Part shown: one piece after another, positions 1 to 20,592 of the stretch
How the letters are laid out: every line of letters begins with the position of its first letter
Numbering within the stretch: position 1 is the first letter of the stretch
Assembly (NCBI GenBank): GCA_000388065.2
Contig: KB932204.1
Source of the DNA: Fonticula alba ATCC 38817
Taxonomy: Eukaryota > Protista > Nucleariida
Reading direction: 5' to 3' (one strand)
Length of the DNA stretch: 24,676 nt
Translations under genes and position numbers: made by a program
The notes under the pieces: model-generated
The model's database searches: none
What the model saw: only the letters and a program-made list of their open reading frames with translations
Told to the model about the DNA's origin: nothing

Positions 1-105
1 TGAAGGGGGGGGGCGGGGGCGGGAAGGGAGGGAGGACGCCAGGGGCGAAGGGAGCAGGCCGAGGCAGGCCGAGGCAGGGGAGCCTGGGTGTGTGGGAAGA
101 CGCAC

Positions 106-955
106 ACGCGCAGGCGCACGCCGAACACCAGCTCCGCGATCATGGCAATGCCGGAGAGCGCCGTGCCGAGGGAGTAAAAGTGCCGCTCATCCGAGGAGAG
201 CCCCTGGCCGGCGGCCTGCAGCTCGCGGACCTGCTGCGCTGTGTCCAGGTACCGGGCCAGCGGCAGGTCCCAGAAGTTGATGGAGTCGACGGGCAGCGAG
301 GCCTCGGGCGCGGGGGGCGACTTGGACCGGGGGGAGGTGTTGAACCGGGCGGAGTGGCCCTGCAGCAGGCCGGCCAGGCGGCTGGTGTGCTTCCGAGCCT
401 CGGGAGACAGGCGCTCGCCCAGGCTGCGCAGGAAGACCGCGATGAAGTCCGGCGACCGGACAATGCGACTGGCGCTGCCGATGATGGTGAGATCGGCAAA
501 GCTGTCATACCCGAGGGCCTGGGCAAACTTGTGCCTGAGGGCGCCAAGGGGGAAGCAGGGGTGGGGGGGAAGGGGGGGAAGTCAGCCGGGTAAGGGCAAA
601 CGGGAGAGCGGCGCCGGGGGCCATGTCGGCCGAGCGGGGGGCCGAAGGTGGGCGAGCCTGGCGCGTTGACAAGTGAACCAGGGGGCCGGGGGCCGGGGGG
701 CAAGGACACGCACCGGCTCTCGATCAGGCGCATGAGTGCGCGATGTGGCTCGCCGGAGAGACCACGAGCGCCGGCCAGCTGCCTGTAGATGGATGTCCGG
801 GTCTCGGCGCAGGTGATGGACGCCATGAAGGAGTCCGAGAGGATGGTGTTCAGCGGCAGGTCAACCAGCCGGTGGCCGCTCGTGGTGGGGGAGGTCAGAG
901 GGGGCCCGAGGATGTGGCTGAACCGGGAGTATTGCTGTGGGGTTCGAGCAGGGTG

Positions 956-1022
<67 letters not shown>

Positions 1023-3182
1023 GTGCGTGTGTGTGTGCGTGTGCGTGTGTGCGTGTGTGTGTGTGTGTGCGTTGTGGGACGGTTGGAGGGGCAGCGGGAG
1101 ATGCGCGTGGTCGTGAGCCCAGTAGGGGGGGGGGGAGGGAGGAAAGGGCGTACATGGCGCGCACGCATGGCGCGGCGCCATGGCAGGGGCTTTTGGTGAG
1201 ATACATGTGGGCGCGACCGGCGACCCGGGGGGGGCGGGGGGGGGACCCCACAGAAAGGCCGGCAGAAGGAAGAAAGAGGGAAGGGCAAAGGCCAAGGGAG
1301 GGAGGCTGCCCCCCGGGCGCACCTGATCCGTCAGTCGGACATTGACGCGGCCCTCCATGAGGGCGCGGCTGAACCACATGCCGGCCGAGAGGACGTCGCT
1401 GCTGAGGCCGACCAGGCGCTCGGCGATGGCCGGATCATCGATGGCCACCCCGCCGGCGCGGTATTCGTAGGCATACGAGTGGGCCACGGCCTGGAACTCG
1501 CTGTCCAGCAGGTCGAAGACGCGCTGGCGCGGGGCCGCGGGAAGCTGGCCCGCGGCCGCGGCATCCGGCTCCAGGGTCAGGCGCGAGGAGATGGTCCGGA
1601 AGTCGGCCGGGTCGGGCACGACGCCCACCTCGGCGAAGACATTGGCAAAGAGCGCCCGGCACAGGTCGAGGTCGGTGTTGAGGCGCTGGATGAAGTTGTT
1701 GAGGTCCATGGCCGAGTCCGAGGCCAGGGACCGGTCCTCGAAGTTGGGCAGGGTATTGCGCGCGGCCTCCATCGGATCGGACACCAGGCACAGGCAGTCG
1801 GACATGCGGTCGTGCAGCTGCAGGACATGGTAGGCGCGGGTGAGCTGGGCCTGGCGCAGGGCGGCGGCCGGGTCGGCCCCGGAGGCGGTGGCCTCGGCCG
1901 CCACCTGTGCCAGGAAGCCGGCCGTGGCCTCGGGCGAGTACTCGGCCTTGAGCAGGTCCAGGGTGTGCTGCACGGTGTCCAGGACCGCCTGGACCAGGCG
2001 GTCGAAGCCCAGCATCTCGGACGCCGGCGGCCCGGGGGCGTGCGACGGGGGGCTGCCCCGCCGGGCCGAGGGCAGGCTCAGCCCGGCCAGGGCCTGGTGC
2101 ATGACCTGCAGGTGGGCCACTTCGGCCGGGCCCGGCGGCCGCAGCGACCGGAAGTAGTGGTTGCTGTCCAGCGAGCGGGCCAGGGTGTTCCACTGGGCCG
2201 GGGCCGGGGCCGGGGCCGCGCCATCCCGGCGGGGGTGGTCCACCCGGCGGAGGCGATCCGTCAGGTCGAAGAAGCCCACCGTCGGCAGGCCGGCGGCATT
2301 GGTGCGATTGGCCCGGCGGAAGGCCCCGGAGTCGATGTCATGGCGAATGCGCACGGCCGAGGCCGGCGGCCGGGGCAGGCCCCGCAGCCACGCCGCGTCC
2401 GAGTCCGCGGACTTGTCGGCCGGGTTGGCGGCCGAGGCGAAGGCGCGCCACGTCGCCCGGAGGAGGTGGGCCTGCGGCTGCGGCTGCGGCTGGTGGCGGG
2501 GGTAGAGCAACCGGCCCGGCCGCCGGGCGGCGCCCTGCCACTGGTGGCAGNNNNNNNNNNNNNNNNNNNNNNNNNNNNNNNNNNNNNNNNNNNNNNNNNN
2601 NNNNNNNNNNNNNNNNNNNNNNNNNNNNNNNNNNNNNNNNNNNNNNNNNNNNNNNNNNNNNNNNNNNNNNNNNNNNNNNNNNNNNNNNNNNNNNNNNNNN
2701 NNNNNNNNNNNNNNNNNNNNNNNNNNNNNNNNNNNNNNNNNNNNNNNNNNNNNNNNNNNNNNNNNNNNNNNNNNNNNNNNNNNNNNNNNNNNNNNNNNNN
2801 NNNNNNNNNNNNNNNNNNNNNNNNNNNNNNNNNNNNNNNNNNNNNNNNNNNNNNNNNNNNNNNNNNNNNNNNNNNNNNNNNNNNNNNNNNNNGCCGGCCC
2901 GGAGCCCCCGGCCCGCCCCGGACCGGCCTCCTGCCGCGGGGCCGGGGGGCGCCGGTTCCACCCTGCCGGCGGCGGCGGCGGCGGCGGCGGCCGGGGCCGG
3001 CTCCGCGGGAGGGGGCCCCGGCGCCACGGACGCCATTCCGACAAGGCGCGCGGTCCGTCGGCAGCTGGCCCGCGATCTGGAGGGCCCGCGGCGGCGGCGG
3101 CGGCGGCCGGAGCCAGGAGGGCGCACGCATTTGCGGGCCCGGCCCGGCGGCGGGCGAGGGCCCGGGCGCGCATGAAAGCCAT
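106..3182 (-). CDS. MIPEP: Mitochondrial intermediate peptidase-like M3A metallopeptidase, partial (5' part interrupted by an N-gap; 3' part including the HEXXH site lies beyond the window start)
   Basis: Spliced model on the minus strand: tentative first exon from ATG 3182 ([15 protein letters not shown], Arg/Ala-rich and presequence-like), gap, exon about 2540-1323, exon 934-714, exon 534-106. Junction phases are consistent (DQ|QYSRF; IESR|HKFAQ). The motifs [51 protein letters not shown] and [23 protein letters not shown] align from memory with MIPEP/Oct1. The start codon is uncertain. Confidence 0.75.
957..1070. repeat. (TG)n microsatellite with TGCG interruptions, inside a peptidase intron
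   Basis: Visible run of about 110 nt within the 1322-935 intron. It is the source of the poly-HT and poly-VC ORF artefacts. Confidence 0.95.
2551..2892. other. Assembly gap (N)
   Basis: N run; hides part of the 5' region of the peptidase gene. Confidence 0.99.
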
Positions 3183-12100
<8,918 letters not shown>

Positions 12101-12186
12101 CCCACACGGGCGCGCCCGGGAACCGTGGAAGGAATGAAGGCACTTGTGTACGAGCGAAGACATGGTATATTCGGTTTGCGGGGGGG

Positions 12187-12271
12187 NNNNNNNNNNNNNN
12201 NNNNNNNNNNNNNNNNNNNNNNNNNNNNNNNNNNNNNNNNNNNNNNNNNNNNNNNNNNNNNNNNNNNNNNN
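12187..12271. other. Assembly gap (N)
   Basis: N run flanked by G tracts on both sides, in the AROM/SIZ intergenic region. Confidence 0.99.
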
Positions 12272-12673
12272 GGGGGACTCAATCAGCCACCCGCGGGTGG
12301 ATGTGCGGGATGTGGAGCGCGTGCGGGGGCCCGGCGTTGGCGCGCGGCCCGGCCGCCTGTGGGGGCTGCCGCGGTACTGGTGGCAGATCATCGACCTCCA
12401 TCGGGCCGGCCGGGGATGACGCGTCAAACAGATGGGGGATGCGCAGTTGTGCGGGCCTAGCTGTGGCCGGGGCCGGGGCCGGGGCCGGGGCCGGGGCAAA
12501 GGGCGACCGGCCTGCATGCGCATGGGGTGGTGATGGAAGAGCGAGGGCAGGAACGCGCGGCCAGCCGGAGTTAGGTGAGGGGGATGAAGGCTCAAGGACA
12601 AGAGGAGGGGGGGGGGGGAGGGAGACCAGCGGCGACAACGGCGCTGGCAAAGGCCCCGGGCTCGGACACTGCT

Positions 12674-15600
12674 CTATCGGCTGCCGGGCGGAGTGGAGGA
12701 CATACTGCCGTTGGCTGGTGCGGCGAAAGAGCGGTGTGGCGGATGGTGCCGTGGCTGCATTTGTGACGGGGGCTGCTGCTGCGGCGGCGGCGGCTGCGGC
12801 TGCGACTGCGACTGCGACTGCGACTGCGACTGCGACTGCGACTGCGACTGCGACTGCGACTGCGACTGCGACTGCGACTGCGGCACCGGTTGTCCACCAG
12901 CGGGGCCCGCCGGGTGGGTGTCATGGGCGTGCTGCATTGGTCAAGGCGCAGGACCGGGGGGGCGAGGGCGAGAGGAGGGAGTGTCAGGAGGCGGGCAGAA
13001 GGGCGGGCGGCGCGCCGATGGCGGACGTACACCGAAGTCGCTGGGGGAATGTGAAGCGAGGGAGGCAGGGAGACTGATCGAGGAGATGAAGTCCCGAACC
13101 GACATGTCATTGAGGATGCTGGCATTGTCGGAGTCATAGGACCCGGGCCCGAAGGCCGAGGGGTTGTACCACCCGCCGGGGGGGTGGCTGGTGGCCGGCC
13201 CGCCGGAGCCGCTGGAATTCCCGGACCCATTGGAACTTCCGGAGCCACCGAAGCCGCCGGAGTGGCTGGGCGTTGGTCCGGAGGAGGACACAAGCGAGGG
13301 CAGCGACGTGCTGGAGGAGAAGGGCGACGAATGGTTGATGTGGCTGGAGGAGCCGCCATCCCGGGTGTGGAGGTTGGTTTGCGAGTAAGAGCGCTTGGTG
13401 GGGACCAACAGGGGCGGCTGCTGCGGCGGCGGCTGCTGCGGCGGCGGCTGCGGCTGCTGCGGCTGCTGGTGGTGGTGGTGGCTGGCTGGGGGAACGCCGA
13501 GAGACGGCGGCGGCACATCGTCATCGCTGAGGGTGAGATCGATGACATCGGCGGCGCCGGCCGCCTCCGGCGGCCCGGGAGGCGCGGGCGACAGGATTGA
13601 CGCCGACCCGGTGGCCGGCGTGGGCGTGGCCGAGCCCTCATTGCCCAGCAGGCCCTCGGAGTCGGACCAGAGCTCGGCCAGCTCGGCCAGCTCGGCCAGC
13701 TCGAGCGAGTTGCCATCCAGCCGGGGGCGCTTGGCCGGGGAGGACACCTGCGAGCGACTGGCGCTGGCACTGGCGCTGGGGGGATTGGACGCCGGGGTGT
13801 GGCCCTCGAGACGCCAGGAGCCGTCCGGCTCGAGCAGGACGTAGTCCACATCGGCCGGGACCTCGGACAGAATGCGGACATAGAGCCTGGCCGGGAGATG
13901 GCCCAATGGGGTAGCAAGAAGAGGAGGGAGAGGCGGAGGGGGAGGGGGAGGGGTCAGCTGCAAGGGGGAGCGGGGGACATCCGGGCGTGGCAGTGTGAAG
14001 TGGCGCGGGGCAGGGCAATCGGCGCACGGATCGATGAAAAGCGTGTCGATGGGGGCGCTGTTGCCGCACAGGGGACACTCCCACTTGGCAGTGTGGAAGG
14101 AGACCTCCAGATAGGCCGTCAGCTCGAAGCACTGCGCGTGGCGGCAGTTGAGCGATCGCACGGGCCGCGTGAGCCGCATGAGACTCAGCTGGAGCAGCGG
14201 GGCCGCGCGGGGGAGCAGGGTCAGCAACCGGACCGAAGAGACGACACGTGCCCAGTGAAAGACAAGAGAGAGGGGCGGGGGGAGGGGCGGGGGGGGGGGG
14301 GGGGGGGGGGCAAAGACAGGGGAGGCAGGGCGCACCGCGGTGTCGCGCAGGGCCACGCGCGTGCTGGCCGCCTCGATGACGAAGCCATCGTCGTCGCCAT
14401 CGGCCGCGGCGGCGGCCTTCGCCGCGGCCTCGCGCTGGGCCTCGCGCTCGCGATACACCTGGATCAGCTGGTCAGACTGGATGACCACACGGCTGATGGA
14501 TGTCTCCATGGACAGCGGCCGGGACAGGATGACCGGCACCAGGACAAAGGGGACCGGCACGGCGGAAAGGACGAGCAGCTGCAGCGAGCAGGGGAGGTTG
14601 TCGCGCGCGTGCGCCTGGAGCATCGGCATCAGGGCCGGCGTCAAGTCGATCAGCGGGTCGGAGATGTCATAGAAGGAGGTGGAGAACCGGTGCGAGTGGA
14701 TCAACTTGTTGGCGGCCAGTATCCGCAGATACCCGAAGGGGGGCATGCTGCCGCCGCGGCCGAGCTCCGGCTGGACTATAAAGCCGACTTGAAATTGCCG
14801 AGGGGATTTCCTGCGCGAGCATTTGTCAGATGCATTGGGGGGGGNNNNNNNNNNNNNNNNNNNNNNNNNNNNNNNNNNNNNNNNNNNNNNNNNNNNNNNN
14901 NNNNNNNNNNNNNNNNNNNNNNNNNNNNNNNNNNNNNNNNNNNNNNNNNNNNNNNNNNNNNNNNNNNNNGAGAGAAAGAAAGGAACAGACAGAAAGAGAG
15001 GGAGGGGCGCAAAGAGAGGAATGGGCACAAAGAGAGGAGCAGACAGAAAGAGAGGGATGGGCACAGAGAGAGATGATGCGCATGCACATCATGGAGCAAC
15101 AAGGAGCCCGCAGGACGCACGATTTGTGGGTCAGATCTGCGAGATCTGCCAGGGAGAGGTCGATGTTGACGGTGATCGTCCCGGTCGGGGCTGCAGGCCA
15201 GGCGGCGCGGTTAGTTCCACGGCGACAGGGGGCAGGGGGAAATAGGCCCAGGGAGGGCGCCAGGCCCGAGGGCGACATCCACGCACAGGTCATCAGCGTC
15301 GTGGGGAGAAGGGCCCGGCAGCGGAATTGGTCCATCTGGGACGAGTCGCTGTTGAGCTGCCTGGCCCGCTGGGTGATGGCCGCGGTGTCCGGGCCGGAGG
15401 GGAAGATGTGCCCGCCATTGGAGGCGGCCTCCGCTTGCACCGTGCTCGGGAGACTTTGCAGCCGCTCATGGAAGGACCGGTGCAGGGCCAGCGAATAGTG
15501 GATCAGCTTGGTCACCTGGGCCGAGGGAGCCAGGCGCGGCGGCTGGGCGAAATTCCCAAAGGGAAGGGACCGGTCGCCGGCGGCCATGGCCGCTGCCGCC

Positions 15601-16178
15601 CCCGCCGGGGAGGTGTGCGTCGGCCCGTGGCCGGCCAGCGTCCGGTAGCGGGTGGGAGGGGAGCGCTGGCCGGCGCTGCCGGACGTCGGCCGGTTGCCGG
15701 CATTGCTGAGAGGGGCAAGAGCCGGAGGGGGGGGGGGGGGGGGCAACATAAAAAAAGACAGTCAGACACATGGGCCAGGGCAGGCCGCCGGGCGCCGACA
15801 GGCCGCCGGGGAGAAGCCGGAGCCGAAAAGCCGCCGGACGCACAGCAGCGGGATGACCTCCGGGCACTCGTGGATGATGAGGTTCATGGCGTTGTACGGC
15901 TGGGGGAGGCCATTGAAGTAGCTGGTCAGGCGGCTGACCAGGAGGGACTTGATGCCGGAGCGGGGCAAATTGAAGAGGGTCAACATCCGCGACAGGACCA
16001 CCTTGGTCAGGCTCATGAGGACCCGCTTGAGCATGCCCATCAGCTCGTGCGCATTGGCCGGGGTCAGGGCGATGCCGGGGCCGGGGGCCGCCGGGGCCGG
16101 GCTCGGCGCCGCTGCCGGAGGGCTTCCTGTGGCATTGCCATGGCCGGTGGCGCTGCCGATCGACCGGGGGGTGCCCAT
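12674..16178 (-). CDS. SIZ1: SIZ/PIAS-family SUMO E3 ligase (SAP, PINIT-like region, SP-RING/zf-MIZ, SIM, low-complexity tail), 7 exons, about 857 aa
   Basis: Exons on the minus strand: 16178(or 16196)-15844, 15705-15287, 15190-15121, 14810-14336, 14188-14028, 13886-13031, 12931-12674 (TAG). All phases are consistent. SAP-like LTKVVLSRMLTLFNLPRSGIKSLLVSRL; SP-RING RLTRPVRSLNCRHAQCFE..WECPLC followed by LFIDP|LYVRIL..EPDGSW; SIM DVIDLTLSDDD; NLS-like PAKRPRL. An extra upstream exon in the 16358-17070 gap cannot be excluded. Confidence 0.9.
12801..12878. repeat. (TGCGAC)13 coding hexamer repeat, read as (Gln-Ser)13 in the last SIZ/PIAS exon
   Basis: Thirteen perfect copies, in frame on the minus strand (CAG TCG). 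Confidence 0.93.
14845..14969. other. Assembly gap (N)
   Basis: N run inside SIZ intron 3. Confidence 0.99.
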
Positions 16179-16357
16179 GTCGGCGGTAACGCGCATATGG
16201 GGCAGCCGCGAAGGGGGGCGGGCAGATGCAGGGGGCGGCAGGAGGAATGGGCGCGTGGGCTGGTCAAGACGGGAGAGGGCACTGGCCGATCGGCATCAGG
16301 GCGCAGCGGGGCCGCGGACCGTGAAGCAGCAAGCAGCGGAGGGAGGGGGGCGGGAGT

Positions 16358-17070
16358 NNNNNNNNNNNNNNNNNNNNNNNNNNNNNNNNNNNNNNNNNNN
16401 NNNNNNNNNNNNNNNNNNNNNNNNNNNNNNNNNNNNNNNNNNNNNNNNNNNNNNNNNNNNNNNNNNNNNNNNNNNNNNNNNNNNNNNNNNNNNNNNNNNN
16501 NNNNNNNNNNNNNNNNNNNNNNNNNNNNNNNNNNNNNNNNNNNNNNNNNNNNNNNNNNNNNNNNNNNNNNNNNNNNNNNNNNNNNNNNNNNNNNNNNNNN
16601 NNNNNNNNNNNNNNNNNNNNNNNNNNNNNNNNNNNNNNNNNNNNNNNNNNNNNNNNNNNNNNNNNNNNNNNNNNNNNNNNNNNNNNNNNNNNNNNNNNNN
16701 NNNNNNNNNNNNNNNNNNNNNNNNNNNNNNNNNNNNNNNNNNNNNNNNNNNNNNNNNNNNNNNNNNNNNNNNNNNNNNNNNNNNNNNNNNNNNNNNNNNN
16801 NNNNNNNNNNNNNNNNNNNNNNNNNNNNNNNNNNNNNNNNNNNNNNNNNNNNNNNNNNNNNNNNNNNNNNNNNNNNNNNNNNNNNNNNNNNNNNNNNNNN
16901 NNNNNNNNNNNNNNNNNNNNNNNNNNNNNNNNNNNNNNNNNNNNNNNNNNNNNNNNNNNNNNNNNNNNNNNNNNNNNNNNNNNNNNNNNNNNNNNNNNNN
17001 NNNNNNNNNNNNNNNNNNNNNNNNNNNNNNNNNNNNNNNNNNNNNNNNNNNNNNNNNNNNNNNNNNNNNN
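16358..17070. other. Assembly gap (N)
   Basis: N run that probably hides the SKA1 3' end and the SIZ promoter. Confidence 0.99.
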
Positions 17071-17131
17071 GGGTAGCAGGGGCGGGCGAATGTATCTTCC
17101 CGGCAGGGGGGGGACGTCCCCGGCAACGCAC

Positions 17132-18172
17132 CATAGACGTCCTGGTGGTCGGCCTCGAGGAAGCCCCGGCGTAGACGGCGCTGGTGGTCCCGGAGCCGAG
17201 AGACCGGCGTGGCGAGGATGGTGTAGCGCCAGCGGAAGAGGCAGTTCAGCGCGGCGATGAAACGATTAAACTGGTCCACCGACAGGCGAGAGCGGATGTA
17301 CCTGCGAAGGATGTATATACAGGAGGGGAGAGGATGCATGGGGTGAGACCTCCGCCGGGACAGGCGGCCAATGGGGGGAGGAGCAGGGGGCGGGCGCGCA
17401 CGGGGGGACCGGGGCAATCATGTCCTCGGTGACCAGGGGAAGGGGCGGCGGCGGCGAGCCCGGCAGGTAGGAGGATATCCGGGTCAGGGGGGCCGGGTCG
17501 GCCGGGGCCACGGCCGAGGCGGCCGGAGCGCGTGGAGCCGCGTGCGGTGCGGCGCTCACGGCCAGGCGGAAATCCGACGCCGTGGAGGCGGGGCGCTTGG
17601 CCGGTGGGGCCGGCCCGGGGGCCGGCTGCGAGGGGGGGCGCTTTTCGGCCCCGGCCGTCGGCACCGGCGGAGCTGGTGCCATCGAGCTGCCAGGGCCCGG
17701 GGCGCCGGCCGCCGGGCCCGGGGCCGGGGCGCCCGAGGCGGCGGCGGCGGTGGCCGCCTGCAGCGAGGCCAGGCGCGCGGTCAGCCAGCGCTGCTGCGCG
17801 GCCAGCTGGCTCTCCATGGTCTGTGCGGCAGGGGGGGGCGGGGGGGAGAGAGCCCGGGGGTGAGGGGCGAGCAAGAACGAGAGGGACCGCAAGGGAAGAG
17901 CAAGGGCAACGCCGGGACCACGCCCAAGGTACCTGCATCTTGGTGCGGTCGATGACCAGCTGGCTGGAGAGCTCCGCGCGCAGGAGGGCAAAGTCCCCCT
18001 CGAGGTGCGTCAGCAGCGCGGCCACCTGGCGCAGGCGCGCCGCGCAGCCGCACTTGACATCGGGCCCGCAGGGGCAGGGCCCGGCTCCGGGGGGCGCCGG
18101 CGCGTTGCGCAGGCCGACGGCCACCTCCAGGAAGGAGATGCTGCGCAGGATGCGCGTCAGGGCCTCGTCCAT
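17132..18172 (-). CDS. SKA1: Spindle and kinetochore-associated protein 1 homologue, partial (last exon or exons probably in the N-gap)
   Basis: Exons on the minus strand: 18172-17933, 17820-17402, 17301-17132, then a GTGCGT donor running into the gap. The N-terminal helix MDEALTRILRSISFLEVAVGLRN is followed by a coiled coil and a Pro/Ala linker. The next segment, LVTEDMIAPVP|PYIRSRLSVDQFNRFIAALNCLFRWRYTILATP, matches from memory the SKA1 microtubule-binding domain (ITxxEFxxVPSYMKSRLTxxQIN..INxAVxxKYKIL). Confidence 0.82.
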
Positions 18173-18187
18173 TTGCGTGGGGGCGGG

Positions 18188-18328
18188 NNNNNNNNNNNNN
18201 NNNNNNNNNNNNNNNNNNNNNNNNNNNNNNNNNNNNNNNNNNNNNNNNNNNNNNNNNNNNNNNNNNNNNNNNNNNNNNNNNNNNNNNNNNNNNNNNNNNN
18301 NNNNNNNNNNNNNNNNNNNNNNNNNNNN
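18188..18328. other. Assembly gap (N)
   Basis: N run just upstream of the SKA1 ATG. Confidence 0.99.
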
Positions 18329-18495
18329 CCGGGCGGGATCCCCCGGAAGCGCGCGCGTGCGGCGCCCCTTCACTGCCCCGCCGCACGGGCAGAAACGGGC
18401 CGGCGATCTTGGGCGCCATGTGCCAACCCATGGGTGCCTGCGGTCCGCCGCCCCGGTGGGCTCGGTGGTGCTGGCACCGAGGGAGATCATTGCGC

Positions 18496-18505
18496 TATTA
18501 TAAAT
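18496..18505. promoter_or_regulatory. TATA-like element (TATTATAAAT) in the divergent SKA1/AAA intergenic region
   Basis: It is the only pure AT 10-mer visible in the sequenced part of this GC-rich head-to-head interval. It reads TATAAA on + and TATAAT on -. Confidence 0.4.
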
Positions 18506-18840
18506 CCCCCCCCGGACCCATGGGTGCCGGGGTTTCGCACCGCCAAGAGGCACGACGGGCGCGCAGGGCGCCCATGCTGGCGGGGTGCCCCTTTCCGGGG
18601 GGCGGCGGCGGGGACGGGCGGGCGCGATCGACGGCCACCCGCGCCCGGGGACACGGCGAGGGGGGACCCTTTTCCGAGGCCTGCCCGGCCCGGGCGCGTG
18701 GCCGACCGATCCCCCCCCCCCCAAATGCCCTCTTTCCCCCTTGACCCTCGCCTCCCTCGTGGATCTTTGTCCTTTCGCTTGTGGTCCTTTTCATGCCCCC
18801 GATTGACTGCCCCCCTGGTGGGTGTCTGCCCGACGACGGG

Positions 18841-20509
18841 ATGTCGCCTCGCACCGCCTCGAACGCCGCGCCGGCCGGCGCATGGGCCGGGCGCTTGCAC
18901 GCGGCCACCGGCTTCGACGCCGCCTGGCTCGAGCAGCTCACCCAAGGCCTGAGCTTTATGCTGGGGTTCGATGTGGATGCGGCGGCCGACGCGGCCGAGG
19001 CCCGGGCCCTGGCCGCTCGTCGGCACCTTCGCCCGGCTGGCCTGCTGGTCCATGGTCTGCCTGGTGCGTTGCCGTGGTGGCCCTTCTCCTCCGCGCCATC
19101 TTGCCTCCCCGTCGACCGCACTGTGGCCGGTTCGCTGACGCCCCGGAGACTGGGCCCCCTCCTTCCCTCCCCTCTTCCGCCTCCCGCGCCTTTCTGCTGC
19201 CGCCGCTGCTGCTGCTGCTGCTGCTGCTGCCCATGCCCAGGCACGGGCAAGTCCTTCCTGGCCGGGCACCTGGCCGCCACGGCGCCCGGGCCGCTGGACG
19301 TGCGCATCGTCCGGCCCGGGGATCTCTTCCAAAAGTACCAGTCCGACAGTGAGGCCCTGCTGCGTGGGCTCTTCGAGGCGGGCGACCTGGCGCGCCTGGT
19401 GGTCCTGGAGGAGCTGGACACGGTGCTGCCGCGCGGGGACCCGGCGGCGGCGACGGCGGCGGCGTCTCCCCTGGCCGAGGAGGACTCGGCCGGGCTGGCG
19501 GGCCCCTCGCCGGAGGACCAGCTGGGCCGGCTGCTGCGGGGCCTGCTGGCCGACGCCCGGGGCCCCGGGTGCCGGGTGGCGGTGCTGGGGCTGACCTCGC
19601 GCCTGGGCAGCGTGGCGCCGGATGTCCTGGCGCCGGGGCTGCTGGACCGGCAGCTGGACCTGGGGATTTGCCAAGTCCGTGCCCCGGCGCGGAGGGCCCT
19701 GCTGGAGGGCATCCTCCGGGACACGCCGGTGGGCCGGTGCTCGGCCGACCGGGGGCGCCTGCTGGACCGGCTGGCCGACGAAACGCATGGCTATGTGGCG
19801 GCCGATTTGGCCGGGCTGGCCCGGGCGGCGGTGTGCGCGGCGGCCGGCCGGGCCATTGCCTCGGCCGATGGCCATGCGCCGGGGGCCGGCCCGGCCGACG
19901 TGTGCCTCACCTGGGCCGACCTGGAGGAGGCCCTGCGTGGCGGGGCCGGCCCGGCGTCCCTGGCAGCCGCCTCGACGGCTTCCTTGTGTGTGCCCGTGCG
20001 CCGGGCCCGGACACTGGGCTTCGACCAGCTGGCCGGGCTCGAGCGCGAGGCGACGCAGCTCCGCATGGCGGCGGTGTGGCCCTTCGCCGCCGGCGCGGCC
20101 GCCGAGCATGGGGCCGCCGGGCGCTTCCGGCGGCTGTCCGAGCGCCTGGGCGCCCGCCCCGAGGGGGGGATCCTGCTGCACGGGCCGTCCGGCTGCGGGA
20201 AGACGGCCCTGGCCCTGGCGCTGGCGCACGAAACCGCCCTGACGGTGCTGCTGGTGGACGCGGCCCGACTGCGGGACAAGGTGTCCGGCGCCAGCGAGGG
20301 CCGGCTGGCGGGGCTCTTTGCCACGGCCCGCGCGGCGGCCCCCTGCGTGCTGGTCTTCGACCAGATCGAGCTGATCGCCGGCCGGCGCCGGGCCGAGGAT
20401 GCCGACGCGTCCGGCACCGCACACCGCCTGACCACGGCCCTGCTGACCGAGATGGATGGTGTTCTGGCCGCCGGGAGCGCGGCCTCCTCTCGGCCCCAGT
20501 ACGTGCTTC

Positions 20510-20543
<34 letters not shown>

Positions 20544-20557
20544 GCTGTTGTTGTTGT

Positions 20558-20592
<35 letters not shown>

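Noticed and set aside
12181-12276. G-runs flanking several N-gaps as possible G-quadruplex or telomeric elements
   Set aside because: There is no telomeric unit, and similar G/C homopolymers occur in many introns. The association with gaps is best explained by sequencing dropout.
12417-12426. Perfect palindrome TGACGCGTCA containing an MCB/MluI core
   Set aside because: It is a single copy between two convergent 3' ends and is plausible by chance in GC-rich DNA.
16296-16357. TVRGPAAP* as the missing SKA1 C-terminus (cf. EVRGGG)
   Set aside because: The match is only three residues, the preceding LRHxxRL motif is absent, and frame continuity across the gap cannot be tested.
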